A DNA stretch of 60,195 bases from the NCBI GenBank assembly GCA_010093745.1, contig MU005977.1:62001-122195 (forward strand), given 5' to 3'. Position numbers and translations under genes: made by a program. Shown one piece after another: positions 13,166 to 24,227 of the stretch. The notes under the pieces are model-generated. The model was not told the origin of the DNA and did no database searches. It saw only the letters and a program-made list of their open reading frames with translations. Source of the stretch: Piedraia hortae CBS 480.64 (lineage: Eukaryota). Each line of letters opens with the position of its first letter. Position 1 is the stretch's first letter.

Positions 13166-13647
13166 ATGGAAGCCGAGAGAACAACTGGTGGGTACTACTC
13201 AGGGAGACGGGTCTCCGAATAACACACCCTCCTCCCCTAAAGAGTGTTCCACGCAGTGTCCCATGAACTTCGGCAAGAAATGGGCAGAGGGCGAAAGGCG
13301 TGGTGGGTGGATGTGCATGAGTGGGAAATTTGAAGAGTACGTGCAAAATTCAAACCTTCAAAAGTGCGAAGTCTGGGGTTAACCTGAACGCACGGACCAC
13401 AAACCAATCGTTGGTATGGATATGTAGAGTCTGTTGGAGCATGTGTCCCATGGAGATGCACATGTGAGTTGATATCCTCTTTGCTATATCATGAGGGAGT
13501 GATTCCAAACCGTCAAGAGCAATCACCACGCTGACGCAGATTTACAGGTCTCTTTTAAGATTTGATGATTTCCAAGATCATGTTTAAGGTGTACGTTTCG
13601 AAGCCTCGGGTCTCGAAGACAAGCCTGGAAACACGTCTCAAGGGATA

Positions 13648-14020
13648 TGTTTGATTCAAGGATCGCCGCTAGCGCGCATGCGGGGCACTTGCATAGCAAG
13701 TCAGCTATACCCCCTACACTTCCAGCTGCACCCTAGGTTTTTTCCTTCACAGTGTTTTTCCCTCAGGGTCATATCATATGTGACATGGCAGATGCCCCCT
13801 GCTAGTGTACGACGTGATGTCACCGGCTCACCGGTACAGAATTTTTATCCTGAATCTCCCCTCATTGAGACAGATAATCATTCACACCGTCATATCGACA
13901 CTGGTATTGACTCATATCCATCTACATCTGTCCTGTCTCTGTTATCAATTTCCGTCTATCGCTTCGTCCTCTTAGTTCGGGCCGCTGCGCACGCCCATCC
14001 ACGAGAGCCTTATCGCTACA
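13648..14020 (-). mobile_element. solo LTR (copy 2)
   Basis: The reverse complement runs TGTAGCGATA...CTTGAATCAAACA (TG..CA termini). Flanks are GGATA / GGTTA (4/5 TSD match). Confidence 0.88.
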
Positions 14021-15461
14021 GGTTATGTGAAGTGCGGCGGTACACTGACGTGTATTTGGTTATCTTCAGTCTGTCTCACGATGGCTCCATGGCGCCAACG
14101 CCTTGTTGCATCGGATAAAATCTACAGCCCGACTTGGGATCCTAAAAAGGTTTCCAAACATATGCAGCTGAAGAACATGCCGTGGGTTGGCCTGTGATCT
14201 GAGTCAATGCACTGGTAAAACTCCTTGAATCATTTGTCCAAATGCCATTCGCTAGGCAGAACCAGATCGTCCCGAAGAGCTGTTGGCAGAGATATATCTT
14301 GCTTGCGATTAGTCTCACAGCTTTCGATTGTTGAGTCAGGAGCTGTCAGCGACTCAGAAGCTTGGCGTCTTGGCACCGCTGTGGCTTTGCGAAGTAAATT
14401 TAACGCACGGCAGTGTTGGACTACCTCTATCACTACCTTCCGACGCTCTACAGGGAATCGACGAAGGTGCGGTGTGAAACTGAGGTATTGTCTAAGGTAT
14501 CTCTATCTTCTGTGGTCGAGCGGCGAGGAGCCGCTCTTGAACCTTGGTTCTACATCACCTCTTCCAAGACACACATATAGTGATAATACTATAGAAGTGA
14601 ATCAAGGTGTCAGTCAGATGTCACGTGATATACCTCAACTGAAGCAGCTCCTCACGCTCTGTCATGTTCATGCACGCTCACTCTCGGGATGTCACCTCGA
14701 TTGCTCGGTCCGGTCCAACTCGCTTCTATCCAACTACACTCATTTCATTGCAAAAGATTGGGAAAAAATTTTGATTCGGGATGAAAGAAATTCAATTTTC
14801 GGTTTCTGGATTTGTGAATATCCGTGATTCCCAGTAGAAGTGCGAAGAGTTTTCCATCTCTGTCCAACTTTACTTATCTGAAATTGAGTTTGCAAACCGA
14901 CACGAGTCGCATTGTTGCGTGCTACTCGGTGGGTGCATATACGAATGGTAAAGATGGAAGGGGGGATCTACGTAATGTGATGCAGCTGCTATAGAAAATG
15001 AAGGGAGTTATCACATGACATTGTTTACTATCAATGTCAATATCTGGTTGTTAATATCATCGTAGTACAAGGGAAACGAGGACCTCGTCCTTCCATTGAA
15101 TACGACGTACACTACCGCTGCAGACTTTACATGATGATGGCGTGAATGTCGATAGAAAAGGATTACCCACACCAGCAAAGGATGTTGTATACCGCCCTGA
15201 AACGCCTCCTATGCTGATCCCCGCCCCTTTCCTAGCTCCGTGACTCCGAAAAGAGCTTCGAACAAAGTAAGGCCACTCGCCCATAGGCGAGTCTATCGAT
15301 TCTTGAACCACTTCATGCTTCGCCAGATGGTGACCCCAGAGTCTGATCAAACTGCCCTGGCGGCGAAGTCTCGTTTGTATCAGTGAAAGAATCTTTGTCA
15401 GACTCCATCCCAGTTTTTTCTTTGGCATCTCCATTTGACGGTGCCTTCGTTTCCTTCGTAT

Positions 15462-16490
15462 TCACAGACTCTGGATTGGATTGCATCCCCTTTGTTCCGC
15501 CATTCTCGTAGCGTTCTTAGGAACGGGTTCCTCAGATTTGGTAGACCCATCTCCGCTCCCGACTTCTTTCACTCGCTTGCTGTCTCCGTCTTCGTTGTTT
15601 GTAGCAGGTGTGCTATGTTCCTGTTCATCGTCTGCAGCAGGCTTGTCATTTCTGACTTCATTGCCTCCAGCCGGATTGCCATTCCCATTTTCATTTCCGG
15701 TGGCCACTTCGCCGTTTCCGAGCCCATTATCCGTAATCTCTCTGTCATGAAGGCGGTTATTCCACAGAATCTCAAAAGTTTGCCCGCCAAACCATGCTGG
15801 GAGATCTTCATCTCCGCACAAGAAGCCTGTTGTCCCATTGCGGTGAAAACCAATGACGGGATAGGACACCCCATTTGCTGTAATCGTAGGCCAGGCCTCC
15901 ATTGGCACGGGCTCTTCATCCGATGTCGTTTTCTGCGCCCACATGGCCATGGTTACCTGTTTGAACTCTGACATTTCCACCACCACCGCACGCAAAGCTC
16001 GTGGTGGGCAGTCAGAATCGACGATTGTGCCGTATTCCAGTGTATCGGCAAGGAGAACAGCGGGCATCGGACTTTGGTACACCTTGGCTTGGTTGGCCAC
16101 TTGGTCATTGATGTGTTGCTTGCAATAATCGCGGTATCCTGCATACGCTGGGTCCACCAGTAAAGGGGGTAGCACCTCGAAGCCGTGAGACACTAGTTGC
16201 CTGCGCAAGGCCGGCGTCTCCTTTCCGTCATTCATAATGAAGAGTTCTACGACTCTTCCCCTTCCGCGCCCGTACACAACTTCGGCATTGGCAGCGTAGC
16301 TGTAGAGATCCCTGTTTACTTCATGGACCCATGGGGATGCGTGCCACATTTCCAGAGTGCACTCGTGTTGCTCAACACATAGGCGCAGGTACTTCGTATT
16401 TGTACGCTTGTCCGGGTCCATGATGGAAGTGACGTTGTCGCATCTCACTGACTTCAACAAAAAGGGACCGTCCACGACCGGTTTACGCAT
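15462..16490 (-). CDS. hypothetical protein of unrecognised family X (copy 1)
   Basis: Open frame from a Met conserved with copy 2 (MRKPVVDGPFLLKSVRCDNV...). About 83% aa identity (manual count) over ~240 gap-free residues to 50317-51228. The acidic/Gly-Asn tail has a 1-nt deletion near 15505 relative to copy 2. Confidence 0.75.
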   Translation of the reverse strand: MRKPVVDGPFLLKSVRCDNVTSIMDPDKRTNTKYLRLCVEQHECTLEMWHASPWVHEVNRDLYSYAANAEVVYGRGRGRVVELFIMNDGKETPALRRQLVSHGFEVLPPLLVDPAYAGYRDYCKQHINDQVANQAKVYQSPMPAVLLADTLEYGTIVDSDCPPRALRAVVVEMSEFKQVTMAMWAQKTTSDEEPVPMEAWPTITANGVSYPVIGFHRNGTTGFLCGDEDLPAWFGGQTFEILWNNRLHDREITDNGLGNGEVATGNENGNGNPAGGNEVRNDKPAADDEQEHSTPATNNEDGDSKRVKEVGSGDGSTKSEEPVPKNATRMAEQRGCNPIQSL

Positions 16491-16657
16491 GTCGGCAGAT
16501 GTAGAAATGTACCACTGAAGTGGGTGGTGCTCTGTTATAATGGAGTAGCAGTAAGAAAAATAAGTTGATGCTGTGGTTACAGATGAAGGGTGGTGTCTTG
16601 TGCGCTTCTTGCCAAGCAATTGTGTGAACTGTAACTTTACGGGACTAGCAGCTGAAA

Positions 16658-16681
16658 CTACCCCGCTACCCCGCTACCCCG
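16658..16681 (+). repeat. 8-bp tandem repeat CTACCCCG x3 just downstream of the RPL3 stop
   Basis: Directly visible. Confidence 0.85.
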
Positions 16682-16684
16682 CGA

Positions 16685-18117
16685 TTACGTTGTCACCACG
16701 AGATCCTTCTTCATCGTGCCCATGACCTGTTTCTTCTCCGCCGGCGTCTGATATGCGCCGTGCCCAAACTTGCTGCTCGTGTCAATCCATTTCAGATCGA
16801 CCTGCTCAAGCGCGCGGCGAGCGGTGTGAGTAAACATGGACTTCCTGAGGGTTATGACGCGCTTCTTCACCCCCGGAATTGACCCTTTTACCATGACAAA
16901 GTCGTTGTTCACGATTCCGTAGCGGACGAAACCACCCATCCTACAAGCCGTTAGTTCAATTCTCCACAGTGGCACGAGCAACTTACGGCGTGATCTTCTT
17001 CTTGCTGACGTCGATTTCGGTCGATGCATTGGCTTCATCAGAGCCCTTGCCGATGCGATAGATCTTGTGGTTGACGGACGTGCGGTGGTGGTAGCCCATC
17101 TGACCGGCGCGGGCAACAGTCCACTGCACGTGGGACGGATGCCAGGCACCGATACAAGCCACCTTGCGCAGACCCTTGTGAGTTTTGCGCGGCAGCTTCT
17201 TCGTACCCCAACGGCTTGTCACGCCCTGGAAGCCATGTCCCTTGGTCACCGCAATGCAATCGATCATCTCGTTCTGCTCGAAGATCTTGTCAATTTCAAC
17301 GGGCTTTTCGAACAGACCGTGAGCAAAGTCAACCTTGTCTGCAACGGAACCGCCGTTGACCTGAATCTCCATCAGATGCGCCTTCTTCTGCTTGAGAGGC
17401 GTCTTGCTGATCTGGGTGTGCGCCAACACGCGGACAACGGTGCAGTATTTCTTGATGCGCTCAATGTCGCGAGCGATGTTCTTGCCGCTTTCGTCAGCGT
17501 GCTTCTTCGCATACTTGGTGAAGGCCTTCTTCTTGCTCTTGTACCAGTTCTTGTAGAAGCGGCGCTTGACTTCATCCGAAAGATGCGCAGCCCACACGGT
17601 GGTCAAGGAGCGCAGTCCACGAGGCGTCTCGATGTATCCCACCATACCAACAACCATCATCTATAATGTACGGATCAGCGCATGCCATGAATGGTATTGG
17701 CGCCAAGTCTCGTACCGGAGGAGTTTCGATGACCGTGCAGGCCTCGACGATCTCCTTCTTGTGCAGCTTTGCACCGGGGCGGTCCAGGTCACGGACAATG
17801 GTGGTCATGCCAGCCTTGTAGCCCATGGCAGCCGTCAGATGGACGGGCTTCTTAGGGTCTGCAACTCCATCAGTAACAACCCCATCAGTATCCGAGCTTA
17901 GCCTTACCATCCTTGGGGAACGACTTGACCTTTCCGCGATGACGAGCGGCACGCTTGCGCGGTAGGAACCTATGGTCGTCAGCTTCTTTTTTACCTTGCG
18001 CCCTTCGCGGCGATCCTTACGCGAGCGATCCGTGACGAGGGCTGTCAAAACGTTAGCACAGGGACAAAGAGATGCGCAGTTATCGCTGCCTTACGCTTCA
18101 AACTTGCGGTGCGACAT
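16685..18117 (-). CDS. RPL3: 60S ribosomal protein L3 (uL3)
   Basis: Six exons: [43 protein letters not shown]...|MMVVGMVGY...[18 protein letters not shown]...|MGGFVRYG...KKDLVVTT*. Introns are canonical GT-AG. Confidence 0.98.
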
Positions 18118-18410
18118 GTGGTGCTGCGGTTGATGTCGAGTGCGAATGGCTGAGCGAGAGCGAGGAAAAAGAGTGCGCGCGCCAAGAGTTTGGTGCACGT
18201 GATTGTCAAGCACGTGATGTACCGCGGAACCACTCCGTTGAACGGCGAATCGCATGTTACGATTGGTCGAACATTGGACGGAACCACCCGCAGGCTCGCA
18301 CCTTACGGACAGTTGTCTTTGGAAGGTGAAATTCAGCTGCGGACCTCTGCAAGCGCCCCTTCAAACAGCCGTAACCCGCGGAACGCCTAGAGCGTCCAAC
18401 AACCTCAGCC
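18118..18410. promoter_or_regulatory. bidirectional promoter region RPL3/SEC61 with tandem GCACGTGAT (bHLH E-box) motifs
   Basis: Divergent ATGs about 290 bp apart. GCACGTGAT occurs at 18195-18203 and 18210-18218. Function is inferred. Confidence 0.5.
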
Positions 18411-20030
18411 ATGAGCGGGCTACGATTTCTCGACTTGGTAGGGGTCTCCACCACTCTGGACGCGCAAGTCTGATCATTCTAGGTGAAACCCTTTACGCCT
18501 TTGATCCCCGAGGTCCAGGTGCCCGAAACTCGGGTACCGTTCCAGCAGCGCATCGTATGGACCAGTGTGACTCTGATCATCTTCTTGGTGATGAGCCAGA
18601 TGCCTCTGTACGGCATTGTCTCGTCAGGTTTGCAGTGCCCAATTCTAGGAGAAGGGCGGGCTAATGAGCCATGTAGATACTTCGGATCCTCTTTATTGGC
18701 TTCGTATGATGATGGCGAGTAACCGGGGAACGCTCATGGAGCTGGGAATCTCACCCATCATCTCCTCGGGCATGGTGTTTCAACTACTGGCTGGCACCCA
18801 CCTCATTGACGTCAATCTCGATCTGAAAGCCGACCGCGAGCTGTACCAGACGGCGCAGAAGCTGCTGGCCATCATTATTTCCTTTGGGCAAGCTTGTGTG
18901 TATGTGTTGACGGGACTGTACGGCCCACCATCGGATTTGGGCGCCGGCGTCTGCGTGCTCCTTGTTGTTCAGCTCCTTGTGGCCGCTCTGATTGTTATCC
19001 TGCTCGACGAGCTCTTGCAAAAGGGCTACGGCCTTGGCTCTGGTATTTCCCTCTTCATTGCGACCAACATCTGCGAATCCATTGTCTGGCGCGCATTCTC
19101 GCCAACCACGGTTAACACTGGCCGTGGTCCCGAGTTCGAGGGAGCCATAATCGCTCTCGTTCACCTCCTTGTTACATGGCCGAACAAGCAGCTAGCTCTC
19201 AAAGAAGCCTTTTATCGTCAGAATCTGCCCAACATCATGGGCCTCCTTTCTACCATCTTGGTATTCGGAGCGGTCATCTACCTGCAAGGTAGGTCGAGTA
19301 TCTTTACTCTGTGAGACATGTCGCTAACAGTTCTGAAGGATTCCGTGTTGAAATCCCAGTAAAGTCGTCCAGGCAGCGTGGCATGCGTGGCTCCTATCCT
19401 GTTCGCCTCTTCTATACGTCCAACATGCCCATCATGTTGCAGTCTGCACTGTCCTCTAACGTTTTCCTCATCAGCCAGATGCTCTACAACAGGCTTCCGG
19501 ACAACCTCTTGGTCCGCATGATTGGAGTATGGGAAGCTCGCGATGGCTCTGCTCAGGTTCTTCCCGCCTCTGGCCTTGTCTACTACATGAGCCCGCCTTT
19601 GAGCATCAAGGAAGCGCTACTGGATCCCCTCCATACAGCCATCTTCACCACGTATATGCTGGTTGCCTGTGCCGCCTTCAGCAAGGCCTGGATTGAAGTG
19701 TCAGGCAGCGGGCCGAGGGATGTTGCGAAGCAGTTGAAGGAGCAGGGTCTTGTCATGGCTGGCCACCGCGATGAATCTATGTACCGCGAACTCAAACGTG
19801 TCATCCCGACTGCAGCTGCTTTTGGCGGAGCATGTATCGGCGCTCTCTCTATCGTTTCGGATCTCGTGGGTGCTTTGGGTAGCGGCACGAGCATCTTGAT
19901 GGCAGTCACGTAAGTTGACCAACTGTTCAACTAGAAGTTGCTGACACTTGCTAGGATCATCTACTCTTACTTTGAAATTGCGATGAAGGAGGGCGACATG
20001 GCTGGTTTGAAGGGCATGGTTATGGGTTGA
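18411..20030 (+). CDS. SEC61: protein translocon subunit Sec61 alpha
   Basis: [20 protein letters not shown]..., [65 protein letters not shown], ...[19 protein letters not shown]...GMVMG*. Four introns. Confidence 0.97.
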
Positions 20031-20413
20031 GCTGGTGGACAGAGTTGGCTTTTGTGCACCATATAGACGACTGGTGCAACCAGTCACGAGCGTTTAATGG
20101 TTGTACGTTGAGACATTTTTTCTGACTGCCAACTTCTTTCGAAGCCACGAGGTTCATTTCACAAGCTGGTTGACGCACCAGGATTCTACCATTTCTAAAT
20201 CTACGCAATCCAGTTTTCATACACGCTAACACACTCCCATCATCCTCATAGCTAGTCATTTGCCCAAAGGAATTCAACCATACTAAAAAAGCTGGCCGAC
20301 AACGTTCGAATAGTAGGCTATTGCCAAGCCCATGCTATCCAGACGCCCGCCAGCCAACCAAACAAGAACAGACAAGGTATCATTCAAAAATACAAATGCA
20401 AAACAACTAAAAC

Positions 20414-21467
20414 TCAGATGGTTTCCCTGTCCTTATCCGACTTAGTCTCACTGTGCAACGACTCGAGATCTATATCCTCTGGTCGGTGACCAACAGGTCG
20501 CTGTTCAGGCTGCTTGGCGTAGCTTCGCATCTTGCTGCTTCCATCAGGCACATGGAAGCGCTTGTCTATTCGCACAATGAGGTAGACGTAAATGACGATG
20601 ATCTCCGGAACGAAGCTGAAGCAGTAAAAGGCCGGTTTGGTATGGTACCATGCCGGGTTCGTCGCCATGCGAACTGGCATCCAGGTCGTACCTGCACGGA
20701 ACCCTGCGATCAGCGTGCAGAGGCATGTTCCCACGAGGAGGGTGGCTAGTTTGGTGACGTTTCGGCCTGTGCCGAAGGGTTGCTGGATGGGGAGGTGAGG
20801 AGGGGCGAAGGTTAATGCTAGAACGACCAGGGGCACGACGGCGATGACGAGTAAGTATGTGATTGCTCCCCTTTGGATCCAAGATGCAATTGTTCGGGTA
20901 TGTTGATTCAGCGTGTAGTATGTGATTATAGTCATTGTGATAACCATGATCAGACAACAGACGACTAGGCTGTAAAGTGTCGTGTAAACGATCTTGACGA
21001 TTGGACTCCAGCCGATCGAGGGTTTGAATGCGCGGAGACACCGCTTCGATAGCTCCATGTTGATGACATACACGACGAGGATGCCCGCCGCCACAAAGAT
21101 CTGGGCTGCAATTGCGAGTCTGATGTTGTGTATGAACTTGCTCCAGACTATGCGAAGGATGCATGTAACGACTCGTGACATGCAGAATTGGATCATGAGA
21201 ATGATGAGCAAGAACTTGTGTTGCTTTTTGGAGTTCATCTTGATTAGTCGGATGAAGGAAACACCGCCATACAAGTACAACATCGCAAGCACTGAACAGA
21301 TGGCGATATCAACGTCTGCTGTCGGCAAGCCTCCGCTCAGCGCGACCGGGGACATGTATGGGGGCTACAAGGGTTGTTAATATCCGCAGATCGTTGCACT
21401 TTTTGGTAGTACTCACCCCATTCTTACTGGACTCTTGGACCAGCTGCATTTGGAGTGATCCTGCCAT
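20414..21467 (-). CDS. multi-pass membrane protein, DUF3112-like family
   Basis: A short first exon (MAGSLQ...KNG) spliced to PPYMSPVALSGGLPTADVDIAICSV.... About 7 hydrophobic helices, with AIAAQIFVAAG and RIDKRFHVPDGS motifs. Confidence 0.75.
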
Positions 21468-21822
21468 GATGGTGGTAGATGTCGCTTGGTTCAGTTATGG
21501 CGGGGACAGCTGATTATATGCCACAGCTGGGTCGGCCGAAGAGAAGGAGCTGTAGGCTGAAATCTGACGTCATATGTGTGGGATCTCGGCCGAAGAGCCC
21601 TGCCCGAGCATGCAGACGAGGCTTGTCGTCGGGAAGATAGGGCTTGTTGGGGCGTTGGTGATTCATCCTTTTTGCATTTGTAGACGTTTTCTTTGAGTGA
21701 AAGGAACAATGAAGTGAGGAAACTTTCCAAAATGCGGAGAAGAACTTGGTACGCGTGCGGGATGGAAGGGATTAATCTGCTAAAAATAGACGTCCCTCAT
21801 GAACGGCTCTTGAGAACAATTC

Positions 21823-22537
21823 TTACTTTTGCTTTGCCTTTTCAGCCATCTTCCTTCTCACCAGGCCATCAAAACGGAGCTTGCCAAACACTCCCTCGAA
21901 TATAAAGGTTAGGCTCCACAACCAGAAAAGCGAAGTGCGTGGGTTTATGCTGTGCTTCAACAGCTTTGTGCGCATGTAGATAATGGTTTCAATAAAATGC
22001 GCAAGCATCGTTACCGGGACAAAACGTGGCTGAATCCACCAGGACCACGTTGCAAAGCCTGCTCCAAGATAACGCTCGACAACCGAGCCCCGAGCAAACC
22101 ACCATCGTTGACAGTAGGCGGCGTACATCACAAACAGAAGTGCACATTCTAGTGCATAGAGGCCGCGAGGTGGTATGTATTCCTTGATGTCAATGTCCGA
22201 TTGGCCCAGAGCCTGTCGCGCCTCCTGGTCGAGCTGAATGACTCGCCCGCGCGCCTCTTTATAGTTTGTCAGCGGTGGGTCAAAGTGAATATGATATGTT
22301 TTGCCGTGACACACGATTGCGAGGCCGTTTAGGTGTATTCCTGACAGTCGTCCGTCATACGCCTGCCATGGTGACAAGTTGAACCGGTGCTGCAGATATC
22401 GAACAATCTCAAGAGATCTGCGTTAGCGTAGGAGACTCTCTTGTTTGAGATTAATATACCGAGTCATGATGGTCCTTGTTCATGTGCAAGACGATGCGAT
22501 TGCGTGCAACGGCGTTATCTGCTCCCTGATCAGCCAT
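21823..22537 (-). CDS. DUF2470-domain integral membrane protein
   Basis: Exon 1 MADQGADNAVARNRIVLHMNKDHHDS (HMNxDH motif), intron 22408-22459, then IVRYLQH...FDPPLTNYKEARGRVIQL and C-terminal TM segments ending WLWSLTFIFEGVFG. Confidence 0.8.
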
Positions 22538-23141
22538 GGTGCAGTTCGCAATGGTCTTCGCGTTATGTAAGCGTTAATTACTTCGGCGGACGACATAAAG
22601 CAAATGACGTGCGCCGAGCTAGAACATGACAACAGTAAAAGTGGAGCAGCGACTCGTAAGTTGAATAAACGTTTTTGACAGAACTTTACAGGACGAACTA
22701 TTGACATGGAGAAGGTTTGAGGCTGCGGAACAAAGTTTTCGCTCCACGGACTTCTGACCGAATCCATTGCAGGGGATCATCCAGAGAATATCAACAATAT
22801 ACTACTCTGAACAAGAATCGACCAGCCGTATCTACCCCATGAATAACCATCAGAAGTCTCAGGAAATCTACCCACCTTTACTCAACACATGATGAAAGAG
22901 CAACCAACCCGAGCTGAAGCCTCGGGTTACACAACAGATCGCCGACGCGTCAAATCATGGGGGGAGAATCCTTGAAGCATTCGCGTCACCAAGCCATCCA
23001 ATGGCGTCCTTGATAAGGGTCACACATTCCTCTTTACCCGACCTCACCACCACGCGGCTGGTTTTGAAAAACCAATGCAAATTTTCACCTCTTAACAAAT
23101 CCATTCCCCTTATCTCACTCCTCCTGATATAACCCCCAATC

Positions 23142-23741
23142 ATGTCCGATCAAGAAAACACCGAGCAACAAGCCTCAGCTGGAGCGGAAACACCCAAAAA
23201 GCGCACCCCCAAGAAACTCGGCAACAAAAAGCCGCAGCAGCAACAACAACCTACCCCCGAGCCGGAAGAAAACACCAACATCAACGGTGTTAACAACGAA
23301 ACTACGAGCACCTCCCCTTCACCCCCCTCGTCCCCCTCAGCTACTCGCCAGCGAAGCTCCTCCCGCCGCATGAGCCGCGGCCGAGGCCGTCACAGCCGGG
23401 CAAACTCCCTCAGCGACGTCGAGTCGATCTCGCGAAGCGACATCAGCGCAACAGGCGGGCGACGTCAACGCCAACGCCAGAAGAAGAAAAGCGGTAAAGG
23501 CTCACCGTTGGAAGATATCACAGAACAGACCAACGAGGCGGGAGAACTGGTTCAGAATACGGCGGGGAATGCAGTGAATCAGGTGGGTGATACGACTGGC
23601 AAAGCCGTGGGGGGATTGACAGGTGGAGGGGATAAAGATAATGGAGAGCAGTTGAGGCTCAAGATTGAGCTGAATCTGGATCTGGAGCTGCAGTTGAAAG
23701 CAAAGATTAATGGGGATATTACGATCGGGTTGTTGAACTAG
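23142..23741 (+). CDS. small hydrophilic protein with conserved fungal C-terminal LRLxLNLxxExxLKAxIxGDxTxxL motif (LEA-associated family)
   Basis: Low-complexity N-terminus, LVQNTAGNAVNQVGDTTGKAVGG, and the C-terminus QLRLKIELNLDLELQLKAKINGDITIGLLN. Confidence 0.75.
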   Translation: MSDQENTEQQASAGAETPKKRTPKKLGNKKPQQQQQPTPEPEENTNINGVNNETTSTSPSPPSSPSATRQRSSSRRMSRGRGRHSRANSLSDVESISRSDISATGGRRQRQRQKKKSGKGSPLEDITEQTNEAGELVQNTAGNAVNQVGDTTGKAVGGLTGGGDKDNGEQLRLKIELNLDLELQLKAKINGDITIGLLN

Positions 23742-24227
23742 GTGGTAGAGGTGGTTGCGATAGGAGGGCAGGGTTGTGACGAGAGGATTGCAGCGGGAAG
23801 TTCGGCTTCCCTTTTCCTATCCTTGTCCGTTGGGCATGATCGACTTACGCGTCTGATCCTCCACCCACACCCTTGTCCGCATCACGCAGGAAGCGAGGTC
23901 GGGACGGAAAAGAAAAAAAAAACAATTCTACCCTTCCGTCTCTCTTCTTCACCGTCCCCTTAAAATCACAACCTAACCATTCACAGGATGATAGTGATGA
24001 AGCTGCAAAGCTTCCTCTCTGGTATATTATCCAAGCGCAGGAATAAACTTCTACTCCCTGCACCCGTTCCCTCAAACCTTCCTCCCTGAAGCAGTTCACA
24101 CGTAAAAAGTAACACAAAATCTTGTTTACTTTTTGTAAACTTCCCAATGGGGGGACGATACCCAAAACCCCGTAGAGGTTCCAGTATCGCAAATAACACG
24201 AATTAGCCCTCCATCATGTAACCCCCA

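Noticed and set aside
8155..14020. 5.9-kb DNA transposon bounded by ~360-bp terminal inverted repeats
   Set aside because: Each repeat has its own 5-bp TSD and LTR-like termini, so these are two independent solo LTRs in opposite orientation.
4972..14630. Exact 16-bp direct repeat CAGATGTCACGTGATA at 4972 and 14615 (related inverted copy near 7725) as island boundaries
   Set aside because: One 16-mer match in 60 kb is not far from chance expectation, it contains a common bHLH site, and the second copy does not coincide with the island edge.
15057..15434. Separate 125-aa gene downstream of X
   Set aside because: Non-ATG start, and the frame is not preserved in the second copy. The region is better explained as the frameshifted tail and 3' UTR of X.
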